Shown piece after piece: positions 28,273 through 38,074 of a DNA stretch of 64,000 nucleotides. The first letter of the stretch is position 1. Each line of letters starts with the position of its first letter. The notes beneath the pieces are model-generated. The model made no database searches. It saw only the letters and a program-made list of their open reading frames with translations, and had not been told where the DNA came from. Source of the stretch: Actinomycetota bacterium (GTDB lineage Bacteria; Actinomycetota; CADDZG01; JAHWKV01; JAOPZY01); NCBI GenBank assembly GCA_035765775.1, contig DASTWV010000059.1, positions 417,555 through 481,554 on the forward strand, written 5' to 3'. Both the position numbers and the translations under genes were made by a program.

Positions 28273-28797
28273 TCAGACGCAGAACCAGTGCGAGACGCAG
28301 GGGCCGATGGCCACCACCCCGCTGACGGCTAGGGCGGCCAGCGCCATCAGCACGCCGATGGCCACCCGGAGCCACACCTGGTCCAGGCGCCAGATCGACC
28401 GGCGGCGGACCTGGACCGCTCCGCGGGCCGCGCCCCCGGGGGCCGGGCCGATGACCGCGGGGCCACCCACGGGGGCGGCATCGACGTCCACCTCGTGCAG
28501 GATCAGGCTGGCCATCGCCATGTCCAGCCGGTGGACGAAGATCCTGACCGGCGACGAGGGGTCGCCAAAGGGATGCAGCCAGGCCGCCGGGGAGAGGTTG
28601 GTGGAGTCCAGCAACACGTCGATGCCCTGCTGGACCAGGCGCCCCTGGATCAGGTAGGCCAGGATCATGTTCTTGGCGACGGTGAGCAGCGCCCAGTCGC
28701 CACCGCCGCCCCCACCGGCATCTCCGAGATCGGGCGGCGGCGACTCCCGCATTGGGCGCCCCCCACCCTTCGGAGGGCGCGTCAGCACCCGAGTCAT
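28273..28797 (-). CDS. Hypothetical protein with a soluble N-domain and C-terminal TM anchor (174 aa)
   Basis: Protein-like sequence (DWALLTVAKNMILAYLIQGRLVQQGIDVLLDSTNLSPAAWLHPFGD...) with a terminal hydrophobic helix. It overlaps the apparent 5' end of mtnA in a different frame. Confidence 0.4.
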   Translation of the reverse strand: MTRVLTRPPKGGGRPMRESPPPDLGDAGGGGGGDWALLTVAKNMILAYLIQGRLVQQGIDVLLDSTNLSPAAWLHPFGDPSSPVRIFVHRLDMAMASLILHEVDVDAAPVGGPAVIGPAPGGAARGAVQVRRRSIWRLDQVWLRVAIGVLMALAALAVSGVVAIGPCVSHWFCV

Positions 28798-28905
28798 CTC
28801 CCAAGCTTAAAGCGTGTGAGCCCCCTACCCGGTAGCGGTGGCCGTCCAGGGCTTCGGAGAACTCGTGCCAGGTCTTCCGTTCGTCTCCGTGCAACACTCA
28901 CGCCG

Positions 28906-29508
28906 GTGGCTGCCGACCTCCCCGAGCTCATCGTGGCCGACGCCGCCGCCTGGCGGGCCTGGTTGGCGGAGCACGGGCGGGAGGACGGGGTGACCGGCGT
29001 GTGGCTGGTGCTGGCCAAGAAGAACGTGACCGACCCCACCAGCCTCACCTACGACGAGGCCCTCGACGAGGCCCTGTGCGAGGGCTGGATCGACGGCCAG
29101 GTGGACAAGCGGGACGAGCGCACCTACCGCCAGCGCTGGACCCCCCGGCGCGCGAAGAGCAAATGGTCGGAGCGCAATGTGGGCCTGGTCGGGCGCCTCA
29201 TCGCCGAGGGACGGATGCGGCCCGCCGGCCAGGCGGAAATCGACCGGGCGAAGGCCGACGGCCGGTGGGAGGCTGCCTACCACTCCTCGGTGACCAGCAC
29301 GGTCCCGGCCGACCTTGCCGAGGCCCTCACCGCCAACCCGGCGGCGCACGCGATGTTCGAGGCCCTCACCCGCACGAACCGCTACGCCATCCTGTACCGC
29401 ATCCAGGACGCCAAGCGGCCCGAAACCCGGGCGAAGCGCGTGGCACAGTTCGTGGACCAGCTGGCCCGGGGCGAGACCCCGCACCCGCAGAAGAAAGCGC
29501 CGCCCTAG
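28906..29508 (+). CDS. YdeI/OmpD-associated family protein (DUF1801-like)
   Basis: GTG start giving MAADLPELIVADAAAWRAWLAEHG; the conserved W..KK....S..YDEALDEALC.GWIDG pattern is present. Confidence 0.7.
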   Translation: MAADLPELIVADAAAWRAWLAEHGREDGVTGVWLVLAKKNVTDPTSLTYDEALDEALCEGWIDGQVDKRDERTYRQRWTPRRAKSKWSERNVGLVGRLIAEGRMRPAGQAEIDRAKADGRWEAAYHSSVTSTVPADLAEALTANPAAHAMFEALTRTNRYAILYRIQDAKRPETRAKRVAQFVDQLARGETPHPQKKAPP

Positions 29509-29578
29509 CCGAGGCGGGGGACATTAGCCGTGCCTGCCGCTGGTTTTGTGCCCCACTTCGGATGCTCGGGGAAGGGCC

Positions 29579-30271
29579 TCAGTGAGATTTGTGCGCCTGC
29601 TCGACGTTCAGTGGCTCCCCGGGGAGCTCGGAGGGGGCCGCCGGGCGCAGACCGTCCAGCACGATCGTGAGGAAGCGCTGGTACAGGGCCGGCCCGACCT
29701 GCCCGGCGCTCCGCCCGTCGGCTCCGCTGACGCCGGCCGCGGCCGCCGCCTGGGAGACACCCGAGAGGAGCACGGCCAGGTCGCCCGGCCCGATGTCGGC
29801 ACGGATGGCCCCGTTGGCCTGCGCCCGCTCGATGAGCTGGGCCAGCACGCCCCGCAGGGAATCCTTCACCGCCGCCGCCGGCGACGGGACATCGCCCGCC
29901 AGGGCGCCCGCCAGGGCCAGGTGGCGGGACTGGTAATCCGACTTCGCTGAGAAGAACCGGCGCAGCCCGGCGGCGGGGTCAGGGTCGTCCAGCGCGGCCC
30001 GGGCTTCGGTCAGCAGGCTTTCGCACATCACCCCCATGACCGCGTCGACCAGGCTCTGTTTAGTGGGGAAGTTCCGGCACACGGTGCCGACGCCCACCCC
30101 GGCCCGCTGGGCCACCTGCTCGATCTGCACTTTGAGCCCGTCCTCGGCGAACAGGGCCTCGGCGGCCTCCAGCACGCGCTCCCGGTTCCGCCGGGCATCC
30201 GCCCGCTGCGGCTTGGGAGAACCGGTGCCCGGCGAAGGTTCTGCAGGTTTCTGGTTGACAACCGGAACCAT
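29579..30271 (-). CDS. TetR/AcrR family transcriptional regulator
   Basis: N-terminal HTH (RNRERVLEAAEALFAEDG...IEQVAQRAGVGVGTVCRNFPTK). Divergent from the MFS transporter. Confidence 0.85.
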   Translation of the reverse strand: MVPVVNQKPAEPSPGTGSPKPQRADARRNRERVLEAAEALFAEDGLKVQIEQVAQRAGVGVGTVCRNFPTKQSLVDAVMGVMCESLLTEARAALDDPDPAAGLRRFFSAKSDYQSRHLALAGALAGDVPSPAAAVKDSLRGVLAQLIERAQANGAIRADIGPGDLAVLLSGVSQAAAAAGVSGADGRSAGQVGPALYQRFLTIVLDGLRPAAPSELPGEPLNVEQAHKSH

Positions 30272-30360
30272 GATTCCGTATTCTACATCAAGCGGAACGC
30301 CAATTCCAGTTCTGGCGGGGCCGGCCGGCCCGCCGCCTCTTCGTTCACGGGAGTCTTGCC

Positions 30361-31995
30361 ATGCGCGCCATTGTTTCGCCGCCCGATGCCGACCTCATCC
30401 ACCGCCGCCGGTGGTGGACCCTCGCCGTGCTGTGCCTCAGCCTCTTCATCGTCTTCGTCGGCAACTCCAGCCTCAACGTGACGCTGCCGACGCTGTCCCG
30501 GGACCTGCACGCCTCCACCTCGCAGCTGCAGTGGGTGGTGGCCCTCTACTCGCTGGTCTTCGCCGGCCTGCTGTTCTCCACCGGGGCCCTGGGCGACCGC
30601 TTCGGCCGCAAGGGCGCTCTCCAGTTTGGCTTCGTGCTGTTCCTCGCCGGTGCGGCGATGGCCTCCGGGTCCCACGCCATGTGGCAGCTCATCGCCTGCC
30701 GGGGGCTGATGGGGGCCGGCGCGGCGTGCATCATGCCCTCGACGCTGTCCATCATCATCAACGTCTTCCCGCCCGCCGAGCGCCCGAAGGCGATCGCCAT
30801 CTGGGCCAGCATCACCGGGGCGGCGGGCGCCCTCGGGCCGGTGGCCAGCGGGCTGCTGCTGGGCCACTTCTGGTGGGGATCGGTGTTCCTGATCAACGTC
30901 CCGGTGATCGTCGTGGCCCTGGTGGCCGGGCACTTCCTGGTGCCCTCCTCCCGGGATCCGGACCAGGCCCGGCTCGACCCGGTGGGTGCCGTCCTGTCCA
31001 CGCTGGGGATCGCATCGCTGGTCTATGCCCTGATCCAGGCCCCCCAGCTCGGGTGGCGCAGCCCGGCGACCCTCGCCGCCTTCGCCGTGGCCGCCGTGGC
31101 GCTCACCGCCTTTGTGGTGGCGGAGCTGCGCATCGCCGAGCCGATGCTGGACATGCGGTTCTTCCGCAACCCGGCCTTCGCCACCGGCACCGGCGGCATG
31201 GTCCTGGTCTTCCTGGGCATGTTCGGGGTCATCTTCCTGGTGACGCTGTACTTCCAGCTGGTGCTGGGCTACTCGGCGCTCTCGGCGGCGGTCCGCATGC
31301 TGCCCATCGCGGCCATCATGCTCCTGGTCTCGCCGCAGACCCCCCGCCTGGCGGCCCGCTTCGGCGCCCACCGGACGGTGGCGGCGGGCATGGGACTGCT
31401 GGCGGTGGGCCTGCTGGCGCTGCGGGGTGTGGGCGTGCAGGCCAACTACCCGTACCTCCTGGTGGTCTTCGTGCCGGTGATCGGCGGGATCGCCCTCTCG
31501 ATGGCGCCGATGACGGCGTCGATCATGTCGGCGGTGCCGCCCCGGCGGGCGGGCGCCGGCTCGGCGATGAACGACGCCACCCGGGAGCTGGGCGCCGCCC
31601 TGGGCGTGGCGGTGCTGGGCAGCCTGGCGGCATCCCGCTACGGCTCCTCCCTGCACCCCTTCCTCGGGTCCCTGCCGGCGGGCGGCCAGGCTCTGGCCCG
31701 CTCCGGCCTGGCCGGGGCGCTGCAGGCGGCCTCGGTGCTCCCGCACGCCGCCGCCACCCGGCTGACCGACGGGGCGGAGACCGCCTTCGTCTCGGGCTTC
31801 CACCTGGCGGTGACCATGGCGGCGGGCCTGGCGATCGTGGCCTCCGTCATCGTGTACCGGTACCTGCCGCACCGCCTGGGCACCGGTGCCCCGGCACCGA
31901 TCGAGGCACCGATCCCGGCACTGGTCGTCGACCTGGACGAGGAACTGGTGGTCCTGGAGCTGGAGGAGGAGGGCTCCGACCCGGAACTGGCCTGA
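30361..31995 (+). CDS. MFS transporter, DHA2 (14-TMS EmrB/QacA) drug-efflux family
   Basis: GDRFGRK motif A; 14 predicted TM helices over 544 aa. Confidence 0.9.
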   Translation: MRAIVSPPDADLIHRRRWWTLAVLCLSLFIVFVGNSSLNVTLPTLSRDLHASTSQLQWVVALYSLVFAGLLFSTGALGDRFGRKGALQFGFVLFLAGAAMASGSHAMWQLIACRGLMGAGAACIMPSTLSIIINVFPPAERPKAIAIWASITGAAGALGPVASGLLLGHFWWGSVFLINVPVIVVALVAGHFLVPSSRDPDQARLDPVGAVLSTLGIASLVYALIQAPQLGWRSPATLAAFAVAAVALTAFVVAELRIAEPMLDMRFFRNPAFATGTGGMVLVFLGMFGVIFLVTLYFQLVLGYSALSAAVRMLPIAAIMLLVSPQTPRLAARFGAHRTVAAGMGLLAVGLLALRGVGVQANYPYLLVVFVPVIGGIALSMAPMTASIMSAVPPRRAGAGSAMNDATRELGAALGVAVLGSLAASRYGSSLHPFLGSLPAGGQALARSGLAGALQAASVLPHAAATRLTDGAETAFVSGFHLAVTMAAGLAIVASVIVYRYLPHRLGTGAPAPIEAPIPALVVDLDEELVVLELEEEGSDPELA

Positions 31996-32104
31996 GGCCG
32001 AGGTTCGTAGACAGCAACCCCGAGCGTGCTGCGGCGGGCTGGTCGTTTCCAGGAGGCCAGGGGTCTACCCCCTTACCGGTGACTCCCGGGCGGGAGGCCG
32101 CCGC

Positions 32105-32488
32105 CTAACGGGAGGGCGTCTCGGCCAGGTACAGGGCGTTGCCGTCCGGATCGGTGAAGAACGCCAGCTTCACGAAGCCGTGGTCGGCCACCGGCCCCCG
32201 GAAGGTGACGCCCCGCTCGGCCAGGGCGGCCATCACCTCGGCGATGGGTCGGGTGACGGCGAAGCCGACCGAGATCGCTCCCCGCTGGCCGGGCGCCGGT
32301 GCCCCGGGGTGCGAGGCCCGGTGCAGGCCGAGGCTCAGGCCGCCGCCGGCATCCACCGTCGCCCAGTCCTCGCCGGACCGGGAGCTCAGCGCCAGGCCGA
32401 GCACCTCGGTGTAGAAGGCGAGGGCGGCGTCCATGTCGGAGACGTAGATGGTGGCGTTCCCGCCCTCGATGAGCCCCATGCCCGGCAT
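32105..32488 (-). CDS. VOC (glyoxalase/bleomycin resistance/dioxygenase) family protein
   Basis: The beta-alpha-beta-beta-beta module pattern (IYVSDMDAALAFYTEVLG ... FFTDPDGN). Confidence 0.75.
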   Translation of the reverse strand: MPGMGLIEGGNATIYVSDMDAALAFYTEVLGLALSSRSGEDWATVDAGGGLSLGLHRASHPGAPAPGQRGAISVGFAVTRPIAEVMAALAERGVTFRGPVADHGFVKLAFFTDPDGNALYLAETPSR

Positions 32489-33253
32489 TCAATCACGGTT
32501 CCCGGAGCGCCAGGCCCCGAGGAGTTCGGCAAAGCGGGCCCGCCGGGCGGGCACCACGAGGTGGGCGCCGGTGATCCCCGCCGCCTGCAGGTCGTCCAGC
32601 CACCCGATGGCGGCGGCGAAGCCGGCCTCCTCGTCGGCGTCGAAGGCGGCGAGGTAGCCCTCGGGGAGCACGAAGCCGGGGATGGCGCCCACCAGCCGCT
32701 CCGCCAGGACCCGGCTGGCCAGGGCGGCGGTTCCGGCGTAGATCGGCTTCGTCCATCCTTCGGCGCGGATCCGGTGGGCGGAGGCAAGGCCCTCGGTACC
32801 CAGCTGGGCGAACAGGTAGTCGGCTGCGGACCGCCAGCCCAGCGCCCGGTCCATCGGCACCACGGCGCCCCGGCGCATCCCCGCCGGCGCCTCGTCCGCC
32901 AGCATGCGGCGGACGGTGAGCCCGGTGCGGCCTTCGGCGATGTGGTCGCCAAAGAGGAAGAGGACATCGTCGATCCCGAAGGCGTGCAGGGTCAGCAGAT
33001 CGCTGCGCAGGCGGAGCAGGTTCCGGTCCCGGGCGTTGAGGGCGACGATCGGGTGCACGCCGTGGCGGTGCGCCTCGATGGCAAGGGCCACCGAGGAGAG
33101 GGCCGGGCGCCCCAAGTGGTTGTCCGGGATCAGCACGGCGTCCACCACACCCCCGTAAAGCTCGAGTTGGCGGCAGAACTTGTCGAGCGACGGCTCCCGG
33201 GGCGGCTCGATCTCGTAGATCAGCCGGAGCCCGGCCTGCGCTTCTGGAGGCAC
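32489..33253 (-). CDS. Methylenetetrahydrofolate reductase-like (MTHFR family) protein
   Basis: TIM-barrel MTHFR-like segments (LIPDNHLG, HPIVALN, DDVLFLFGD); shorter than canonical MetF. Confidence 0.65.
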   Translation of the reverse strand: MPPEAQAGLRLIYEIEPPREPSLDKFCRQLELYGGVVDAVLIPDNHLGRPALSSVALAIEAHRHGVHPIVALNARDRNLLRLRSDLLTLHAFGIDDVLFLFGDHIAEGRTGLTVRRMLADEAPAGMRRGAVVPMDRALGWRSAADYLFAQLGTEGLASAHRIRAEGWTKPIYAGTAALASRVLAERLVGAIPGFVLPEGYLAAFDADEEAGFAAAIGWLDDLQAAGITGAHLVVPARRARFAELLGAWRSGNRD

Positions 33254-33260
33254 CCGGCGC

Positions 33261-34430
33261 TCAGCCGTGCAGGAGCGAGCGGGCGATGACGACGCGCTGG
33301 ATCTGGTTGGTGCCCTCGTAGATCTGCGTGATCTTGGCGTCTCTCATCATCCGCTCCACTGGGAAGTCCTTCGTGTAACCGTAGCCGCCCAGCAGCTGGA
33401 CTGCGTCGGTGGTGACGCTCATGGCCGTGTCGGAGGCGAAGGTCTTGGCCATGGCGGCCGCCGGTCCGGTGGCCGGGTCCCGGTCCTCCACCATCGCCGC
33501 CGCCCGGTAGGTGAGCAGGCGGGCGGCCTCGGTGGCGATGGCCATGTCGGCCAGCATGAAGCGCACCCCCTGGAACTCGGCGATCGCCTTGCCGAACTGT
33601 TCCCGCTGGGCGACGTAGGTGGTCGCCTGGTCGAGGGCACCCTGGGCGATCCCGACCGCCTGGGCGGCGGCCGTGGGCCGGGAGTAGTCGAGGGTCCGGA
33701 GGGCGATGGTGAACCCCTCGTCCACCGTCCCGACGACGGCGTCGGCCGGGAGGGCGACCTGGTCGCAGATCACCTCCCGGGTGGGCGACCCATGGATCCC
33801 CATCTTCTTCTCCGAGCGGCCGAGGGAGAAGCCGTCGGCGTCGCCGTGGACCAGGAACGCCGTGATGTTGTGCCCCTTCGGCCCGCCGGGGTTGGTGACC
33901 GCGAAGTACACGTAGCGGTCCGAGACTCCGGCGTTGGTGATGAAGCCCTTGCGGCCGGTGAGGAGCCAGGTGCCGTCGGGCTGGCGCACCGCCCGGGAGG
34001 ACATGGCGGCGGCGTCCGAGCCCGACCCGGCCTCGGTCAGGCAGTAGGAGTACTGGTGCGCACCGGACGCGATCCCCCGGACTGCCGCCCGCTGCTGCGC
34101 CTCGCTGCCCGCCAGCAGGATGGGGACGGCCCCGAGCCGGTTCACCAGCGGGATGACGCTGGCCCCGCCCGACACCCGGGCGATCTCCTCGACCATCAGG
34201 CAGACATCGAAGGGCCCCCCGCCCGCCCCGCCGAACTCCTCGGGGAAGCCCACCCCCATGAGTCCCTGCGTCACCAGGGCCCGGTGGACGTCAGCCGGGT
34301 ACTCGTCGGCCTCGTCGATCGCCGCCGCCCGGGGGGCGATGGCGTCCTCGGCGAATGCCCGGACCATGGCTTTGAAGGCCTGCTGCTCCTCGGTGAGGCG
34401 GTAGGCGCCCGCGCTGGTCGTGTCGGCCAC
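33261..34430 (-). CDS. Acyl-CoA dehydrogenase
   Basis: The ACAD N/M/C domain pattern, the catalytic Glu region (IYEGTNQIQR) and a YCLTEAGSGSD motif. Confidence 0.9.
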   Translation of the reverse strand: MADTTSAGAYRLTEEQQAFKAMVRAFAEDAIAPRAAAIDEADEYPADVHRALVTQGLMGVGFPEEFGGAGGGPFDVCLMVEEIARVSGGASVIPLVNRLGAVPILLAGSEAQQRAAVRGIASGAHQYSYCLTEAGSGSDAAAMSSRAVRQPDGTWLLTGRKGFITNAGVSDRYVYFAVTNPGGPKGHNITAFLVHGDADGFSLGRSEKKMGIHGSPTREVICDQVALPADAVVGTVDEGFTIALRTLDYSRPTAAAQAVGIAQGALDQATTYVAQREQFGKAIAEFQGVRFMLADMAIATEAARLLTYRAAAMVEDRDPATGPAAAMAKTFASDTAMSVTTDAVQLLGGYGYTKDFPVERMMRDAKITQIYEGTNQIQRVVIARSLLHG

Positions 34431-34440
34431 GTGCGGAATC

Positions 34441-35391
34441 TTAAGCCGGGTCGGCGCTGAGGTCGGCCTCGAGGGCGGCCCGGTCCCAGTTGCCCCGCAC
34501 CGCAGCCGCCTCGTAGGTGCTCTGGAAGAAAGCGAGGAGCGCCGCGTCGGGGTCCCCGGCGGTGCGCACGGCGGTGTAGGGCAGGAGGAACTCGCCGGCG
34601 GCGGGGACGTACGCGGCCCCGGCCGGCTCGACCGGCCAGCCGGCGAAGCCGGGGGGCTCGGGGTAGGCGTAGGCGTAGAACGAACCCTCGCCCCCGCCGC
34701 CGGGCCAGTACCCGCAGCTGGACACCTCGTGGCTGTAGGCCTGCACCTGCACCCGGTCGGGGCAGTGCGGCACCCCGCCCGGGTGCCTGGGGGCCGGGCG
34801 CCCGGAGAAGCGGGTGACCGCCAGATCCGGGCCGCCCCAGAAGAAGTGGATCGGGCTCACCTTGCCGATGAAGCGCCCCCGGAAGCGCTCCATGACCCGG
34901 TGGGTGGCCACCAGCGCCAGCCAGAAACGCTGGGCCGCGCCCGGATCGTAGGCGTGGTGCTCGCTGTCCTCGGCGAAGGGGATGGCCCGCTCCACCTCGT
35001 TGGGGATCGGGACGATCCGCACCGGGACGCCGAGGTCGTCCAGGGCGGCCATGGTCTCGCTGTAGAAGCTGGCGACGCTGCGCGGTTCGAGGGCCAGCGT
35101 GCGGGTGGCGCCGAGGGTGGTGCGGATGTGCAGGACATGGTCGAGGAAGTCGAACTCGATCTCCAGCCCCCTGCCCCCAACGTTGCCCACGGGACCACCA
35201 CTACCCCCGTGCATGAGGGAGGTCCCGAGGCCGCGGGCCGAGACGTACAGCGGCACCTGCCACCAATGGTTGACCATCGGCTCCAGCTGCAGGCGCACCT
35301 TGCCCACGATCTGGAACCACAGGTGCAAGGTGTCCCGGGTGTCCTCCCAGGGCGTGAGCTCGGGCCAGCTTCCGGTGGCCTCGGGGGTCAT
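34441..35391 (-). CDS. DUF5996 family protein
   Basis: The conserved HLWFQIVGKVRL and FFWGGPDLAVTRFSGR segments. Start MTPEATG at 35391 overlaps the thiolase stop (ATGA). Confidence 0.6.
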   Translation of the reverse strand: MTPEATGSWPELTPWEDTRDTLHLWFQIVGKVRLQLEPMVNHWWQVPLYVSARGLGTSLMHGGSGGPVGNVGGRGLEIEFDFLDHVLHIRTTLGATRTLALEPRSVASFYSETMAALDDLGVPVRIVPIPNEVERAIPFAEDSEHHAYDPGAAQRFWLALVATHRVMERFRGRFIGKVSPIHFFWGGPDLAVTRFSGRPAPRHPGGVPHCPDRVQVQAYSHEVSSCGYWPGGGGEGSFYAYAYPEPPGFAGWPVEPAGAAYVPAAGEFLLPYTAVRTAGDPDAALLAFFQSTYEAAAVRGNWDRAALEADLSADPA

Positions 35392-36572
35392 GAGCCGGCC
35401 CGGATCAGGAGGGCGTCGCCCTGGCCGCCGCCCCCGCACAGCGCGGCGGCGCCGATGCCGCCACCCCGGCGGCTCAGCTCGTAGGCCAGCGTCAACACCA
35501 GGCGGGCCCCGGAGGCGCCGATCGGGTGCCCGAGCGCGATGGCCCCGCCGTTGACGTTGACCCGCTCGGGGCCGACGCCCAGCTCTTTCGATGACCACAG
35601 CGCCACGGCGGCGAAGGCTTCGTTGATCTCGTAGAGGTCGAAGCCCCCGGGCTCCCGGCCGAGCTTGGCGGCCGCCGCCTGGATGGCGTGTGAGGGCTGG
35701 GAGACCAGTGAGGGGTCAGGGCCGGCGGCCATGCCGTGGGCGAGGATCGTCGCCAGGATCGGAAGCCCCTCGGCTTCGGCCCGGGCCCGGCTGGTCACCA
35801 CCACGGCGGCCGCCCCGTCGGAGATCTGCGAGGCGTTCCCGGCGGTGATGGTGCCCTCCGGCACGAAGGCCGGGCCGAGGCGGGCCAGCGTCTCGGGCGT
35901 CGTGCCCGGGCGCACGCCCTCGTCGGTTTCCACCCGGCCGCCGGCACCCCGCCGCCCGGGGGCTTCCACCGCGACGATCTCCTCGCCGAGCCGGCCGCCC
36001 TTGACCGCGTCCACCGCCCGCTCCTGGGACTGGGCGGCCCACTCGTCCTGCTCCGCCCGGGTGATGCCCAGGGCGGCGTTGACCTGGTCGGTGGACTCGC
36101 CCATGTGACAGTGGTCGAAGGCGCACCACAGCCCGTCGTGGATCATCAGGTCCACCAGCTCGGCATTGCCCATGCGGGCACCCTGGCGGGCCTTGGGCAT
36201 GGCGTAGGGGGCGTTGGTCATCGACTCCATCCCGCCGGCCACCACCATCTCGACCTCCCCGGCCCGGATCAGCTGGTCGGCCAGGGCGATGGCATTGAGG
36301 CCCGAAAGGCACACCTTGTTGATGGTGACGGCGGGCACGCCCATGCCGATGCCGCCCTTGACTGCCGCCTGGCGGGCGGTGATCTGCCCGGCGCCGCCCT
36401 GCAGGACATGGCCCATGATCACGTAATCGACCTGCTCGGGCGCCACGGTCGAGCGGCGCAGGGCCTCGGCGATGGCCGCCCCACCGAGGTCGGCGGCGCT
36501 GAGGCCGGAGAACGCCCCCAGGAACTTGCCGATGGGGGTGCGGGCCCCGGCGACGATGACGGACTCGGTCAC
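35388..36572 (-). CDS. Acetyl-CoA acetyltransferase (thiolase II)
   Basis: Active-site Cys ([10 protein letters not shown]), His ([12 protein letters not shown]...GHPIGASG) and C-terminal Cys (LCGGGGQG). Confidence 0.9.
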   Translation of the reverse strand: MTESVIVAGARTPIGKFLGAFSGLSAADLGGAAIAEALRRSTVAPEQVDYVIMGHVLQGGAGQITARQAAVKGGIGMGVPAVTINKVCLSGLNAIALADQLIRAGEVEMVVAGGMESMTNAPYAMPKARQGARMGNAELVDLMIHDGLWCAFDHCHMGESTDQVNAALGITRAEQDEWAAQSQERAVDAVKGGRLGEEIVAVEAPGRRGAGGRVETDEGVRPGTTPETLARLGPAFVPEGTITAGNASQISDGAAAVVVTSRARAEAEGLPILATILAHGMAAGPDPSLVSQPSHAIQAAAAKLGREPGGFDLYEINEAFAAVALWSSKELGVGPERVNVNGGAIALGHPIGASGARLVLTLAYELSRRGGGIGAAALCGGGGQGDALLIRAGS

Positions 36573-36649
36573 AGTGGCACCTCCGGTCGTGTCTAGACTT
36601 GCTCACCTTAGAGAAAGTCATGCTACTCACGGTCTCGTAAGGGGGCGCC

Positions 36650-37273
36650 ATGTTCGCAGGCTGGCCGGAGGAGGCTCTGGAGTTCTTCGAGGGCTTGGAG
36701 GCGGACAACTCGAAGAGCTACTGGCAGGCCCACAAGGCCACCTACGAGGAAGCGGTCCTCGCCCCGATGCAAGCGCTGCTGGCCGACCTGCACCCCGGCT
36801 GGGGCGATGGCCGCATCATGCGCCCGTACCGGGATATCCGCTTCAGCAAGGACAAGTCGCCCTACAAGACGTTCATCGCCGCCATGGTGGGGCCGGGCTA
36901 CGTGTCGCTCAACTCCCGCACGTTCGGCTGCGGGTCGGGGATCTGGGAGGTCGGCCCGGAGATGCTGGAGCGCTACCGGGCGGCCGTGGATGCTCCGGCC
37001 TCCGGGGAGGCGCTGGTGTCGGTGGTGGCCGGCCTGCGCTCGGGGGGCCTGGACATCACGGCCCACGAGGCGCTGAAGTCGGCCCCCAAGGGCTACGCCA
37101 AAGACCATCCCCGCATCGAGTTCCTGCGGATGAAGGGCATCGCCGCCTGGCAGGAGTGGCCGGTGGGGGCCTGGCTGGGCACGCCTGAACCGGCGGCGCG
37201 GGTGGCGGGATTCCTGCGGGCGGCGGCGCCGCTCACCGGGTGGCTGCGGGAGCACGTCGGGACGCACGAGTAA
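36650..37273 (+). CDS. DUF2461 (TIGR02453) family protein
   Basis: The conserved FF.GLE.DNSK.YW....Y and RPYRDIRFSKDKSPYKT motifs. Confidence 0.75.
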   Translation: MFAGWPEEALEFFEGLEADNSKSYWQAHKATYEEAVLAPMQALLADLHPGWGDGRIMRPYRDIRFSKDKSPYKTFIAAMVGPGYVSLNSRTFGCGSGIWEVGPEMLERYRAAVDAPASGEALVSVVAGLRSGGLDITAHEALKSAPKGYAKDHPRIEFLRMKGIAAWQEWPVGAWLGTPEPAARVAGFLRAAAPLTGWLREHVGTHE

Positions 37274-37674
37274 TGCTGCGCCGCATCGACCACGTAGCCT
37301 TTGCCGTCGCCGACTTGGACGCCGCCATCCACCTGTACGAGTCGGCGTGGGGCCTCACCCTGGCCCACCGGGAGGTGGTGGCCGACCAGGGCGTCGAGGA
37401 GGCGATGTTCGCCCTCGGGGACAGCTACGTGCAGCTGATCGCCCCGCTTTCGGGATCGTCGACGGTGGCCAAGTTCCTGGAGCGCCGGGGCGAAGGGCTG
37501 CACCACATCGCCTACGAGGTGGACGACCTGTCCGCCGAACTGGCGGCCGCTGTCGACCGGGGCCAGCGCCTGATCGACAAGGCCCCCCGGGAGGGGGGCC
37601 GGGGCACCCGGATCGCCTTCGTACACCCGGTCACCAACCACGGCGTCCTGGTGGAGCTGGTGGAGTACCAGTAG
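37273..37674 (+). CDS. mce: Methylmalonyl-CoA epimerase (VOC family)
   Basis: MLRRIDHVAFAV...LHHIAYEVDD...HGVLVELVE. TAATG stop/start overlap with the upstream gene. Confidence 0.8.
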   Translation: MLRRIDHVAFAVADLDAAIHLYESAWGLTLAHREVVADQGVEEAMFALGDSYVQLIAPLSGSSTVAKFLERRGEGLHHIAYEVDDLSAELAAAVDRGQRLIDKAPREGGRGTRIAFVHPVTNHGVLVELVEYQ

Positions 37675-37712
37675 CCCGGCAGGGTGGTTCGGCACTGTTG
37701 CGTGCGGCGGCT

Positions 37713-38072
37713 TCAGGCCCCGGCGCGGGCGGCCCGGGCCTCGCTCAGAGTGCGGAAGGTCGAGATCATCCCGGGGATGCCGCCCACCACCAGCGAACTG
37801 CGCAGCACTGACCGTTCCGGTACCACCAGGGAGAAGAGCTGCTGGCGCTGGCGCAGGAGGCGGGACAGGCGCACCACCGTCCGGATGCCGGCGCTGTCCA
37901 GATAGGTCACCTGGCTCAGGTCCACTACCAGGCCCTCGTCGCTGTTCGCCACCCCGCCCAGGGCCTCCCGGCCCACGTCGTCGGCGTTCACCATGTCGAT
38001 CTCGCCCGACCAGCGGGCAACCACCCAGCCCCCGTGGTCGCGGGTGAGGCGCTGGCTCGACTGGTCGCTCAC
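37713..38072 (-). CDS. STAS-domain anti-sigma factor antagonist
   Basis: VDLSQVTYLDSAGIRTVV with a conserved phosphorylatable Ser/Thr context. Lies immediately downstream of the phosphatase/kinase gene. Confidence 0.8.
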   Translation of the reverse strand: MSDQSSQRLTRDHGGWVVARWSGEIDMVNADDVGREALGGVANSDEGLVVDLSQVTYLDSAGIRTVVRLSRLLRQRQQLFSLVVPERSVLRSSLVVGGIPGMISTFRTLSEARAARAGA

Positions 38073-38074
38073 GG

